Below are positions 12,944 to 26,918 of a stretch of DNA of 64,000 nt, piece after piece. A program made the translations under genes and the position numbers. The notes under the pieces were generated by a model that was not told the DNA's origin, made no database searches, and was given only the letters and a program-made list of their open reading frames with translations. This DNA comes from the human T2T-CHM13v2.0 reference genome, Homo sapiens. Each line of letters starts with the position of its first letter. The stretch's first letter is position 1. The stretch lies in NCBI RefSeq assembly GCF_009914755.1, contig NC_060932.1; one strand, given 5' to 3'.

Positions 12944-13601
12944 AATTAAGACAGAGACACCAGACAAAATATATTAATTACACAAAGTTTATAAAATAGA
13001 TCATGCACAGATAATAAAATAATCTCTCCAATTTAAGTTCATGCTAGATATTCATATGATTTAATTAAGTCAGGAATGTGGAAGCAAATCCATTGTTTTC
13101 TACTGGTTATAGTGGAGAAATATGTAGAGCTATCAGAAAATGGTGCTATTAGACACTATCAATTTCTTTGAAATGAGAGTATCATTTATTATGCTGGAAG
13201 AAGTGTTCCATTCTATACATCAATTACATTATGAATATACATGGGAATATTCCTCTTCTCATTTAATGTTAGAGGTAGGAAATGGACTCTGAATCTAACA
13301 TATCCTAAATAATTTCAAAGTCAAAAAGCACAAGCCAAAATGATACTTTTTGCGCATGTCTCCCTTGCTGGGGTTTGAGTTTGTCAAGCTCAGCCACAGG
13401 AGTTAGTCCTTCCTTTCTTCAGTCGGAGCTATTGTGTCTGGCTCTGTTTATTTTTGAATAAGTTACTGGACTATGCTACGTTTAAACAATACAAATTCAG
13501 CAAATAATTAGTTCATAATTTGATATGATTGCACATTTTGCCAACAAAGATGAAACCTTGATAAATATTTAACTATTCAATCACAGTAAGATTGAGTTCC
13601 T

Positions 13602-13942
<341 letters not shown>

Positions 13943-13989
13943 TTAGAAATTGTAGGGCACAGTCACTTACATTAGTAAAATGCCACTTC

Positions 13990-14560
13990 TTCAAGTCAGT
14001 TTCTATTATCACTTGACTGGACTGGCATAACAACCGTCTAACTGTTCTCTCTGCATATGTTATTGCCTTTTCTGATCTGAGCCAAATTAGCTTTTCAAAA
14101 TTGTGTTTTGAGTTGTGGCTTAAAAACTTATAATGATTCCTTATTATTTTCAAGGTAAAATCTTAAATCTTTAAAATGGGTAAAATATAAACATTTGACC
14201 TTTAACGTCTACAGTTTCAATTTTTATTGAACTCTATTTTAAACCCCTTGCTTCCATTAGTCAAGTGCTGTTCACAGTTCACAGAGAGTGACTTACTCCC
14301 TGGTATGTGCACAGATTTTTTGTTTTGTTTTGTTTTGTTTTCTCATGAGGCCTGTCTTCTAACCTTCACCCAGAAGTTGGCTATTTCCTTTACATATTCT
14401 CCCATGCAAATAAATTCTATATGTATTGCAGCAAATATTAAAAATACCTGTTTGTCTCCTTCACAAAACTAACTTTCATAAAGAAAGAGACCTGCATTCT
14501 AGTCATCATTTTTCCTGTCATTTAGTAAAGTTCTGGCATGTTATAGGCACTTGGATATTT
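13990..14560 (+). mobile_element. L2 LINE 3' fragments
   Basis: ctaactgttctctctgc, aaggtaaaatcttaaatcttt, tgtttgtctcc...ctggcatgttataggcacttggatattt. Confidence 0.55.
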
Positions 14561-15604
14561 AGGAAAAGGATGAAATCGAGGTAGGAAGAAAGTATTAAAG
14601 TGTAGACATCCTGAGAGGTGGTTTTGGCTACATGCTGTATCAGAAGTACTGAATGAGTGACACAGGAAATCAGTATGAGTGGGACAAGTGAAAGGAGAGA
14701 GCCAAGCATCCCAAGCTACTGAAAACCGAGGACACTTTCTTCTTAAATATTTACTCCCAAAACAAAGGTTCAAGATGTATTAAGATAAAAAGGTCTGTAA
14801 CCATATGGCTTTTCTTCTAGAAGACAGTTTTCAATTTTGAAGTAAGGCAGCGTTTGGTGAGGGATTAATACTAAAGCTCCCATCTGGAACTTGTGGGTAG
14901 ATTGTACAGAATCTCTGGCTTCCAGACAGAAAAGCAAGCTGTGTCATTCACCTCATCTCTTATTTTTTCCCACCTTCCATGGTTACAGGATAAATAAACA
15001 CTTTAATTATAGGAACTCTGTAATAACTTTGGGAATGGATTCTGCAGATTTAATATTTGTCCCATTAGCAATTTTGTATGTTTTCTATTCAATATATCAA
15101 GATTTTTCAACATTTGGGTATGATAAAATTGTCAAGTACATTAGAACATTTCCCTGCATGTTTCCAAAATCAAAACAAAGCAAAACAAGACAAAACAACA
15201 AATCAAAGAAACAATCTAACAAAAAAACCCAGTTATTTCTTAGAGTGGTAGGAAAGGATGACATTATATGGGACTACAAGATTATATTAGTAAATACAAA
15301 ATTCTGAGGGATTGTAAAGCAATGGTCAGTGTCTCAGAAGAGTTGGTATTTACAAGCTAAAAAGTTAGATACATAGATTTAAAAAGTTAGCCTCATTTCC
15401 CTTTTCTTCTACAAAAAGTAACTGAAATAGTTTGGAAAAACTCCTCTAATGAGGATACTTTTACATGTGAAATTTAGTGAAAATTATAAATTTCATAGAA
15501 TAAAATTTAGATTATTTGAATTATTTTAATATTTATGTTTATTGTATTGGAAATAAGTCATTAGTATGAATTGTAGAAAAGAGAGAAAAGAATAAATTAA
15601 GAGC

Positions 15605-17639
15605 AAGTCCTAGCTAGCGCAATCAGACAAGAGAAATAAATAAGATGCATGCAAGTAAAAATAAGTCAAACTATCTATCCTTGATGACAATATGATTCTA
15701 TACCTAGAAAACCCTAAAGACTCTGCCAAAAGGCCCATAGAACTGATAAACAAAATCAGTAAGGTTTCAAGATACAAAAATTAGTAGTATTTGTATACAC
15801 CAGTAACTTTCTAGCTAAGGTCCAAATCCAGAACACAATCCTCTATACAATTGCCACAAAGAAATGAAATACCTAGGAATTCGTCTAACTAAGGAGGTGA
15901 AAGATCTCTACAAAGAGAACTACAAAATACGCCTGAAGGAAATTAGAAAAAAAAAATATTTCCACAAATAAATGGAAATATATTCCATGCTTATGAATAG
16001 AATCAATATAGTGTAAAATGACTAAACTGCCCAAAGAAATTTACAGACTCAACAATATTTGTATCATAATACCAATGTCATTTTCCACAGAATTGCAAAA
16101 ATCTATTATAAAATTCGTTTGGAACCAAAGAGCCTGAATAGCCAAAGCAACATGGTAAAAGCAAAAAGAAAAACGCCAGAGGCATCACATAGCCTGACTT
16201 CAAAGTAAATTATAAGGATACAGTAATCAAAACAGCATGGTGCTGGTACAAAAAAAAGGCACATGGACCAATGGAACAAATAGGAAACCCAGAAATGAAC
16301 CTGCACCCTTAAAATCACCTGATCTTTGACAAAATCAACAAAAATAGACAATGGGGTAAGAACTCTTTATCAAATAAAAGATGTTGGGATAACTAAATAG
16401 CCATATGCAGAAGAATAAAATATGACCCCTACCCTACACAATATATGAAAATTTACCCAAGATGGATTAAAAATTTAAATGTGAGGCTTCAAAATATAAA
16501 AATCCTGGAAGAAAACCTAGGACATACCCTTCTCAACATCAGTGTTGGCAAAGAATTTATGGCAAAGACCCCAAAAGCAACTGCAATGAAAACAAAACTA
16601 GACATGAAACCTAATTAAACTAAAGAGATTTAGTACAGCAAATAAATTACCAATGAGTACACAGACAGCCTACAGAATGGAAGAAAATATTCTCAGCCTA
16701 TGCATCTAATAAAGGTCTGATGCCTAGAATTTATAACAAACTTAAACCTATCAACAAGCAAAAAACAAACAAACGAAACTCCAATCAAAGAATGGGCAAA
16801 GGACATGAAGAGACACCTCTCAAAAGAAGACAAGTGACTAACAAACATATTAAATAATGTTGAACTTCACTAATCATGAGAGAAATGCAAATCAAAACCG
16901 CAATGAGATATCATCTCACACTACTCAGAATGACAATTATTTTAATTGACTTTTTAAAGTCAAAAGAGAACAGATGCTGGTGAGGCTATGGAGAAAGGGA
17001 AACTTTTATACACTGTTGGTGGAAATGCAAGCGAGATGAGCCACTGTGGGAAGTAGTTTGGAGATTTTTCAGAGAACTTAAAGTAAAATGACCATTCAAC
17101 CCAGCAATCCCGTTACTAAGCATATACCCAAAGAAAAATAAATCATTCTATCAAAAAGATACATGCACCCATGTGTTCAATGCAGCACTATTCACAAAAG
17201 CAAAGACAAGGAATCAATCTAGGTGTCCATCAATAGTGGATTAAAAAACATGTGGTACATATACACCATGGAATACGATGCAGCCATACAAAAGAATTAA
17301 ATTATGTCATTTGAAACAACATGGATGCAGCTAGGGGCCATTATCCTTAGTGATCTAAAACAAGAACAGAAAACCAAGTACTGTATGTTCTCACTTATAA
17401 GTGGGAGCTAAACACTGAATACGCATGAAGGTAAAGACGGTAACAATAGACATAGACACTGGGACCACTAGATGGAGGAGGTAGAAAGGGGCATGTGGGC
17501 TGAAGAAACACCTGTTGTGTTCTATGCTTAGTGCCTGAGTTATGGAATCATTGGGACCCCAAGCCTTAGTATCACAATTACCCATGTAACAAACTTGCAT
17601 GTGTACCCCTCAATCTGTAATGAAAGTTGAAATTAAAAA
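15605..17639 (+). mobile_element. L1PA15/16-like 5'-truncated LINE (~2 kb, ORF2 disrupted)
   Basis: ctatacctagaaaaccctaaagactctgccaaaagg, 3'UTR cccatgtaacaaacttgcatgtgtacccctcaatctg; putative TSD aag(a/g)gcaagt at 15599-15608 and 17638-17647. Confidence 0.92.
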
Positions 17640-18147
17640 GGGCAAGTATTAAATCCTCCAACATTCAACATAATAAAGTTTTAGAGGTAACTTTCCATTT
17701 TACCACAGGGGCTATGAAATAAATAATTTCAGTTTTAAAAAAATCTCTATTTGATGTATATTTTTATCAGCCTTATTCTTATAACGTGTGCTTCTTAGAA
17801 AAATATCTGGTCTAAAAAGCTTATGAAAAATCCTAACTGTCCTTGAATGCAGTGCCCATATTTTGTCAAACCAGTAAATTGATCTAATCCTTAATTTACC
17901 ACATTCTAAGAGAGGTAATAAAATATAGTGCAAATGCAGGAGTAGGGGAGGGTGTGTGAACAATATAGAAAAGAGTCTGACAACCATGTCAGGGTACGGC
18001 AATGCTTAACTTGGTGACCAATAACAGAGAAAGATCAAAATGAATACCTTCTAATCATTGGTCTGTACCATGGAAGAAGACATAGATTGTTACATGTAGC
18101 TCCAAAGGGCAAATCAGGTTATGATCCTTCTTAAAGTTAAACACAAG

Positions 18148-18340
18148 GAAGGGGAATATCACACTCTGGGGACTGTGGTGGGGTGGGGGGAGGGGGGAAG
18201 GATAGCATTGGGTGATATACCTAATGCTAGATGACGCGTTAGTGGGTGCAGCGCACCAGCATGGCACATGTATACATATGTAACTAACCTGCACAATGTG
18301 CACATGTACCCTAAAACTTAAAGTATAATTAAAAAAAAAA
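18148..18340 (+). mobile_element. young L1PA2/L1HS-like 3'UTR, 5'-truncated, ~190 bp
   Basis: near-consensus gaaggggaatatcacactctggggactgtggtgggg...cctaaaacttaaagtataat plus A tail; perfect 15-bp TSD aaagttaaacacaag at 18133-18147 and 18339-18353. Confidence 0.97.
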
Positions 18341-18389
18341 AGTTAAACACAAGAAAGAATTCTTCAATAATGAATGCAATAGATTAGCC

Positions 18390-18620
18390 CAGTGACCCAG
18401 GATGTGGTCTCCAGGACTATCCTGCTGGGGTTTGAATCCCTATATCTTGATTTATGAGCTGTGGAACAGGCACATTTCTTCAAATCTCCTTCCCATCTAT
18501 AAAATTGGAAATTACAATAAATACCAAGTCATAGAGTTGGCGTTTGAGCTAATAAGATAATGTTTAAAACCATTTATTAAAATATTAATACCATGTATAA
18601 CCTTTGGATATTATTATTGC
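18390..18620 (+). mobile_element. MIR SINE
   Basis: ggggtttgaatccc, ttcccatctataaaattggaaattacaata, tcatagagttgg. Confidence 0.65.
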
Positions 18621-20924
18621 AACTGGACTGATAACTTTGTAATGAAATCAGTTCTTTGCGACTGGAAGAAAAAGGTATAGATGTATTACCTTAGTTAAGA
18701 GAATTGAACCATGTGATCTTTAAGATCATCAGAATTCACAGAATCTAGTACTCTCTGGGTAAATGTTCTGAATGGGTTGCCTTTTATGTAATAGTAATCT
18801 ATAATGTAGTTGGTTGGAAACTGAACTATATTAGTTATTAAAATAAATATAATGTAAGAAGTTTCCAGTGTAACAGAATGTGTAGGGTAGATTTTAGTGG
18901 GTTTTACTAAATTGCCTTTCGTTACATTTAAGTATAAGTAAAAAGCAATTTTCCGCTCCATTATACATTCTTAATAAATTCTAGTTGAATTATTGAATAT
19001 CATAAGATAAACTGAGAGGGTCACAGCTTTGAATCACTTCTCTTTTTATCTCCAGTAGTGTAATCTGTTATTTTTCTTTCTCTCTGAATCCTGAAACGAT
19101 AAGCCAATACTGCTTGCAGTTAGGATTTAGACATTTTACATTGAAGTCAGTGTGAAGCTCAATAACCTTATTGAGAGAAAACAACCAGAAATAAATTGTT
19201 ACAAAACCAATTTCCCAAAAGAAAAGCTATCAAGTTACTATGTAGCAGAGCAAACCAAAAATGCCAGCAAAGCTGTATCTCCATTGAAAGTTAAGTTTGC
19301 TGTTTCTATAAACTGTTTATCTATATATCTTACTGAAAACTTGAAAGCTGAAAACTTGAAAACTGTTTATCTATATATCTTACTGAAAGCTTGATCCAGT
19401 CTGTTTTATTTCTTATCTGAGAAAATAAAATTTCATTTGGTTTTAAATTCCACATACAAAATTCACTAGGCAAATATTTTCAAGTTGGAATTGCTGTCTG
19501 AAATTAAAAAAAATAAAAGCCTAAAAAACAATGAAAGTATGTAGTGGGTACTCTATATTTTTGTGACCATGATTTAAATAAAAAGTGAATATTTTTAGAT
19601 CCTAAACATATTTCCAACCTATCATTTTTCAGTATATTAGAACTGATGAAAGAGTGAGAACATTTTAGATTGGTGTATATTATTAGACATTTGATTATCT
19701 AAACAAAACAAAAAAGTCTGAATGTGTGGTCTTACTTTTCCTCATATGGGACTCATTGATAGGCAATCACATTATTTCTCGTACAAACTTTGAAAGAACA
19801 GTCCCATTCAAAAACTTAAGAAACAACAAAAAAGACAAATTTGTCCAGGCATTTCTTACCAGGGAAAGAAAGAGCAGAATTTCAAATTCACAATCAATGG
19901 TCTTATCTTTATAGAGTCATCAATTGTTTCCATGAAATATTAACGTGATCTTGTTACACAGTTTTCCTTCCACTTTAAATCTTCTCGGTGGGAACATGTA
20001 TATTTCAGGAGATCAAACTATACTATTCTGCAAATGGCTGTGTGTAAAATATTTTCTGAAAAATATATTTAAATCCAGAAAGCTATAATTGTTTAGATAA
20101 TCAGCTTTGACAATAAAAAATATTAACATTAATTATAGGCTAGACTTCTAGGCAATAAATGTGACATTTTCATTTATGTTAATAGGGCTTTTATGTTTTA
20201 ATGTTCATTGCTTTGAAAATATTTCTTATATAAAGGCCATGTTTCATTTTATTATGATTGCTAAGTATTATTTTTGCCTTTAGTATCATAAATCAATAGT
20301 ATTTAGGCAATGATCATACAATTCAGCCCAGAATTTTTTTAAAAAAATTATTTCTACCTATTACATTAGAAAATAAAAAAGGAAAATCAAACAATGAGAA
20401 AATAATGCCTTTATAGACACACAGCACATACATAATTTACAGAATAATAACTTGCATTGGCTTACATCTGTAGTAAAAGAATTAGCATAGTTAAGAAGAT
20501 AACCCAGGTTACATATACATCATCTCTTTCTATTTATAAAAGTAAAAATAATTATAAATGTGTGTGTGGTTTTGTGTGTGTATGTCTGCATAGCGAAACC
20601 CCTGATTTGGCTTGTTTTCAGATTGAAGCAACTAAATCATCCCACTTTTTCTGACTCATCTGCTTCCAGTCCCCTTATTGATTATATTTCTTCCTTTGAA
20701 TTTCACAGGACACTAGAAACATGGTTTATTTTTATGGAGTTAGAAAGTCCTTGTTTCAACTACTGCTGAGATGGTTGATGAGACATGCTTTATTTTAGAA
20801 GAAAATAATTTATCAGAAATAACATGCTGTGCTATGAGCTCTGTAAGGGCAGGTACATTATGCTATTCACAGTTTGTCTGTCTATTTTCTTAAATTTATC
20901 TTCTCATTTTATTAACATATTCGA

Positions 20925-20995
20925 AGCTATAATTTCCATGGAGGCAGGGACTGTATCTTTTTTTCAGATGCTTGTATCTCAGCCCCATGGGTGCC
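20925..20995 (+). mobile_element. L2 3'-end fragment
   Basis: ttccatggaggcagggactgtatc...tgtatctcagcccc. Confidence 0.55.
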
Positions 20996-21002
20996 AAGCT
21001 TT

Positions 21003-21115
21003 TATTCATCTATTCATTCATTCAGCAAATATTTGAGTGTCTACGAACACTAGGTATATATTTCAAAGCAATGAACAATACCCAAAAAGCCTCCTCACTA
21101 TTATATTCTAGAAGG
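21003..21115 (-). mobile_element. L2 3'-end fragment
   Basis: attcattcattcagcaaatatttgagtgtctac...atattctag. Confidence 0.65.
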
Positions 21116-21209
21116 CACTAAGGCTATTTTTTTTATTGAACTGCTATATTTTCCCTTAAAATAAAGGGAAAAGTCCAGCAAACTTTGATTTGCTGTTTGT
21201 TAAAAGTCC

Positions 21210-21335
21210 AGCAACCATGTGAGGCTGATATTATAATACATATGTCATGGATGAGGAAATTGAAGCAAAGACAAGTTATAATAAAAACCCCATCCATGGT
21301 CACAGAACAAACTGGTGGCCAACCATCAGAACTTA
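21210..21335 (-). mobile_element. MIR SINE
   Basis: gatgaggaaattgaagcaaagacaagtt...ccatggtcacag. Confidence 0.55.
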
Positions 21336-21519
21336 TGTATTAAAGATACCCCTCTAATGCTTTGTCAATGTTGTTAATTATTAAACCTTTAATTACTTTA
21401 TCTGAGGGGTATTTATATATTTAAATTTAAGGTATTTAATATAAATTGTTGTATTAATAATACTGAAAACTTCAGGAAGATAGAGGCATCCTGGAGAGCA
21501 AAGGCTAAGCTGGGTAAGG

Positions 21520-21655
21520 GAGCATCAGAATATCAAACTTTAGTTTCAAGTCATTTTATTACCTTCATGACTTAGAGCAAAATAACTGAATTTTACCTAT
21601 ATTTATAAAATGAGTGTTGGATCAGAGGAACCAAAAGGTCCTTTTAAACTCTTTA
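21520..21655 (+). mobile_element. MIR3/MIRc-like SINE
   Basis: tgacttagagcaaa...ataaaatgagtgttggatcagagg...aaggtccttttaaactct. Confidence 0.5.
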
Positions 21656-24585
21656 GAGCTATATATTTAACTTTATTAAATAATAAAACTCATTGTATTT
21701 AATATGATGCAGTCTTACCTCCTTTAATGGCATCTTGGAATAAGGTATTCTACATTAGGGGATTTTTTTGAATAGTTCAAATTATCCTGGTCAATCATCA
21801 ATGCTTTAATTTATAAAATTCTTAAAAAGTACTTATTGCTATACTGATCTTCTGTGATTCTTTTCACTCATTGTAGTTAACTTATATTACGGAAAACTAT
21901 CTGAAGTCATCTTAGCATGCTCTGTTTTGTTACTGTTGTGATTTCTAAAAAATTTTTTCTGACCTGTTTCTCAATATTAGGCTATTACTTTTGACAACTA
22001 TTTCTCTTCTCTATGGACAATTCTATCTTTGTATTTTCTCCTTTTCTTTTTGTGTAGACTTGAGGAAAAAAGAATAACATTTTTTTAAAATCATATCTTT
22101 AAGAAAAGAATTATATGAAATTTTGAATTGTATAAAATTATATAAAAGCTATAAACTTTCTCTGTGGAAAAAGTGGAAGAACATCCATGTATATCCTTTG
22201 TTCTACATTAGTCAATTATAGGAAAATTTTGCTTTTTTTCCCTGCATTTTACATTACATTTCAGGAGACTGAGTACTTTAACTTATTAATCAGAATCTGT
22301 GTTGGAAATTAGATTATAAAACATTTAAAATGTTTTTTGATTCTATGGATGCATTCATACTTGAATAGATAGAGTATCATGTATAGCAATTTATTTGCCT
22401 GTTAAAACTTAAAGACAAAAGTGGAAAAAAAATACTGTTGACTATAAGATTGTAGACTGATGTTACTATTGCATACAAGCTACATAAAGAACCTTCTATT
22501 TATCTTTGTCTCTTGCAAGGCACCCATCGCCATGGAGATACTTTGCTGTTGCTTACTTCATTTTCGTTGTGTCACGAAATATAAGTGTAATTTAAAATCG
22601 TGAAATATATCATATTTATTCTTTATTTCTACTTCATAACACAAACAGGGCTCACAAAATAAAATACAACAAAACTGAATAGAATAAATTGTTTTAAACA
22701 GGATGGTAATAACCTTAGCTCTAGGGGTGTTGAAATATCTACTTCGCATGTTAGTAATCAAATGTGGAAAAGATGATAAATGTGTGTATGTGCAAGTGAT
22801 TGTGAAACACATGACAAATTTACATAAAGTTCAACTTTAAGTGTTTTGGGGCACTCACAAGCATTTCTTTGCTATCCTTTATATATGTGACTATAAATCC
22901 TATATTCTTCAAGTTTTACCATGTTAAATTTTTTATGAAAAAAATTAAATTAATTTTATAGGTTTATTAGAAACAAAATAGCATCATAATTTTAGAATTC
23001 ATCATTGTAGTTGTTCATTAAAATAAACAAAATTTATTAACATATTTGCTTCTGTTGGAGCTATTTAAGTTAATATGACAATATAAGAATGAAATGAACT
23101 TCGTTCCTGACCTTACACTATTAAAATATCAAAGCATAATATTTCATAGCCTTTGCCTTTCTTTCATTATGTCTAAATATAGATTTTATTGACCATAAAA
23201 CTATGTAACCTTTTTTAAAAGCTAGCCATATAAACTCCTGGAGCAATTTCTTTCATTTTATCATTTAAGCAGTCCGTAAGATTTTATCTTTTCTCAGAAA
23301 TATTCTTAGAATAATATAGCAATACATTATCCTTAGAAAAAAGAAATGTTCTAATCATAATAATAGGTTAATGGAATAATTAAGTCCAATTCAGCATAAA
23401 CCTGAGAATATACTAATTAGTCAACAAATAGCCAAAGGAAAGCATTTTCCTTTGGACATCTGCTTTCTAATGTCTCAATATCACTATGGACATCAATGCC
23501 TTCGAATTTGCATATTTAATTTTCAAAACAGAATTAAAAATTGAATCTTCAATACTATAAAATACATACTATACAACTATAGCAATATGTATTTAATAAT
23601 AAATATATATGTGCAGTTGTAATAATTCCTGTATCATATCACATTGAGAATACATTACCAGTTTGAAAAAGCAAACAAATGGTTTCTTGTTCATTTGGTT
23701 TAAACTCATCAAACATTTTCAATAAATCATTTTGCCTCAAGAATTAAAAGGAGCACATTCTTTTTTGTACACTGTAAAATTCAAACCCACCTTAATTCAA
23801 ATCAGCACACAGTTGTTTTTAATTTAGAAATACTCTTATTTATGTACATTAATTTATCTTAACATGGTAAATTGTCTTCTCTTACAATGCACTGTGGTAC
23901 CACCAATCCTCTTCAACAATAATGCACATAAGATCAACTTTAAATTTTTAGATGTTGTCAAAAGGAGGAAGCTGTTATTTCAGTATTTTGCCCACTTTTT
24001 CCACAAATTCACTTAGTTTACTCCTCAATAGATTATATAAACCATGAAAAACAAAACTGAAATTAGTTAATCCAAAAATTTTTTATGGTTCAAAATAATA
24101 GAGGATTTGTCAGAGGAAGGTTGAAACTTCATTACTATAAAATTTAAAGGTTATCTGTGGCTATCATATAGTCAATACAATTCTTAAATCCTAAGCATAG
24201 GTTATTAAAGTTTTAATATATAATTAGATTTTTCCATGTAATAAATCTATAGGACACATCCCAATAAAGTGAGAAGCATAAATAGCATGCCATTTTCCCT
24301 AAATACCTAAATAAATTAATCTACAGTAAACTTAAAAACTAAAGCATCTTCTACATGTAGGCTGCCCTTATAAATACATAAATACATACATTTATAAATA
24401 CATAAATAATGTATGCCACCATTATTTATGTCATAAATGATAATTATAAATCACCTGTGAGGGCACAATGACAAGTAGATTATGGATTTGAGAGTGACTG
24501 TCTTTCAAAATGTATGCAATTCCTTTGTGCTCCCAATTCCTAACTTTCCTGTATTCTAATTTCGATTATTCTGATATATAAAGAG

Positions 24586-24587
<2 letters not shown>

Positions 24588-24629
<42 letters not shown>
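24588..24629. repeat. (GT)21 microsatellite
   Basis: direct reading. Confidence 0.95.
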
Positions 24630-24633
<4 letters not shown>

Positions 24634-24666
24634 CAGTCATTAAAAATCACCTTTTAGAAAACAGGT

Positions 24667-26918
24667 TGATATGGTTTGGCTGTGTCCCATCCAAATCTCA
24701 TCTTGAATTCCCACGTGTTGTTGTGGGAGGGACCTGGTGAGAGGTAATTGAATCATGGGGGCAAGTCTTACCCATGCTATTCTCATGATAGTGAGTAAGT
24801 CTCAAGAGATTTAATGGTTCCATAAGGGGGAGTTTCCACACACAATCTTTCTCTTGGCCTGCCACTATCCATGTAGGACGGGTCTTGCTCCTCACCTTCT
24901 GCCATGATTGTGAGGCCTCCCCAGCTTTGTGGAACTCTAAGTCCATTTAAACTTTTTCCTCTCAGTCTCGAGTATATCTTTATCAGCAACATGAAAATGG
25001 ACTAACATAGTAAATTGGTACAAGTAGAGTGGGGCATTGCTGAAAAGATACATGAAAATGTGGAAGTGACTTTGGAACTAGGTAACAGGCAGATATTGGA
25101 ACAGTTTGGAGGGCTCAGAAGAAGACAGGAAAATGTGGGAAAGTTTGGAACTTCCTAAGAAATTTGTTGAATGGCTTTTACAAAAATGCTGATAGGGATA
25201 TGAACAATATGTTCCATGCGGAGGTGGTCTCAGATGGAGATGAGGAACTTGTTGGGAACTATAGCAAAGGTGACTCTTGTTACATTTTAGCAAAGAGACT
25301 GGGCATTTTGCCCCTGTCCTTGAGATTTGTGGAACTTTGAACTGGAGAAGGATGACTTAGGTAACCTGGCGGAAAAATTTCTAAGAAGCAAAGCATTCAA
25401 GAGGTGACTTGGGTGCTGTTAAAGGCATTCAATTTTATAAGGGAAGCAGAGCATAAAAGTTTGGAAAGTTTGCAGCCTGACAATGTGATACTAAAGAAAA
25501 TCCCATTTTCTAAGGAGAAATTAAAGCTGGTTGCATAAATTTGCATAAGCAACAGGGAGCTGAATGTTAATCAAGACAATGGGGAAAATGTCTCCAGGGC
25601 ACTTCAGAGGTCTTCACAGCAGCCCCTGCCATTAAACGCCTGGAGGCCTAGGAGGAAAAAGTGGTTTTGTGGGCCAGGCCCAGTGTCCCGGTACTGTGTG
25701 CAGCCTGGGGAGCTGGTGCCCTGTGTCCCAGCTGCTCCAGCTGTGATTGAAAGGGGCCAATGTAGAGCTCAGGCTGTGGCTTTGGAGGGTGTAAGCCCCA
25801 AGACATGCAGCTTGCATGTGGTGTTGAGCCTGCGAGTGTGTAGAAGTCAAGAATTGGCATTTGGAAACCTTCATCTAGATTTTAGAAAATGTATGGAAAT
25901 GCCTAGATGCCCAGGCAGAAGTTTGCTGTAGGGGCGGGACCCTTATTGGGAACCTCTGCTAGGCAGTGCAAAAGGGAAATACGGGGTCAAAGCCCCTACA
26001 CAGAGGCCCTATTGGGGCACCACCTAGTGGAGCTGTGAGAGGAGGGTCGCCATCCTCCAGACCCCAGAACGGTAGATCCACCAACAGTTGCACGTGCACC
26101 TGGAAAGCCACAGGCACTCATTGCCAGCCCATGAAAGCAGCTGGGAGGGAGGCTATACCCTGCAAAGCCACAGGGGCAGGGCTGCCAAAGACCATGGGAA
26201 CCCACCTCTTGAATCATCATGACCTGGATGTGAGACATGGAGTCAGAGGAGATTATTTTGGAGCTTTCAGATTTGACTGTCCCACTGGATTTTGGACTTG
26301 CATGGGGTCTGTAGGCTCTTGTTTTGGTCAATTTCTCCCATTAGGAATGGCAGTATTTACCCAATGCCTGTACCCCCATTGTATCTAGGAAGTAACTAAC
26401 TTGCTTTTGATTTTATAGGTTCATAGGCAGAAGGAACTTGCCTTGTCTCAGATGGACTTTGGACTGTGTACTTTTGGGTTAATGCTGAAATGAGTTAAGA
26501 CATTGGGGGACTGTTGGGAAGGCATAATTGGTTTTGAAATGTGAGGACATGAGATTTGGGAGTGGCCATGGGCCAAATGATATGGTTTGGCTGTGTCCCC
26601 ACCCACATCTCATCTTGAATTCCTATGAGTTGTGGGAGGGTTGGTGGGAGGTAATTGAATAATGGGGGGAGGTCTTTCCCATGCTGTTCTCGTGATAGTG
26701 AATAAGTCTCAAAAGATCTGATGGCTCTATAAGGGGGAGTTACTCTGCACAAGCTCTCTCTTGGCATGCTGCCATTGATATAGGACATGACTTGTTCCTC
26801 CTTGCATTCCACTCTGATTGTGGGCCTCCCAAGCCATGTGGAACTGTAAGTCCATTACCACTCATTACTTCCAGGCTTGAGTATGTCTTTATCAGCAGTG
26901 TGGAAACGGACTAATACA
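24667..26918 (+). mobile_element. complete THE1 (THE1A/B-like) MaLR: 5' LTR 24667-25009, internal region 25010-26577, 3' LTR 26578-26918
   Basis: both LTRs start tgatatggtttggctgtgtccc; 3' LTR ends ggactaataca; internal region starts gtaaattggta; 5-bp TSD caggt/caggg. Confidence 0.96.

Noticed and set aside
14891-15307. 138-aa ORF outside obvious repeats
   Set aside because: Non-ATG start, a low-complexity (CAAAA)n segment, no recognisable domain and no convincing splice context.
25632-26812. Cluster of overlapping 70-140-aa ORFs
   Set aside because: All lie within the GC-richer THE1 internal region and LTR, and none is an intact retroviral protein.
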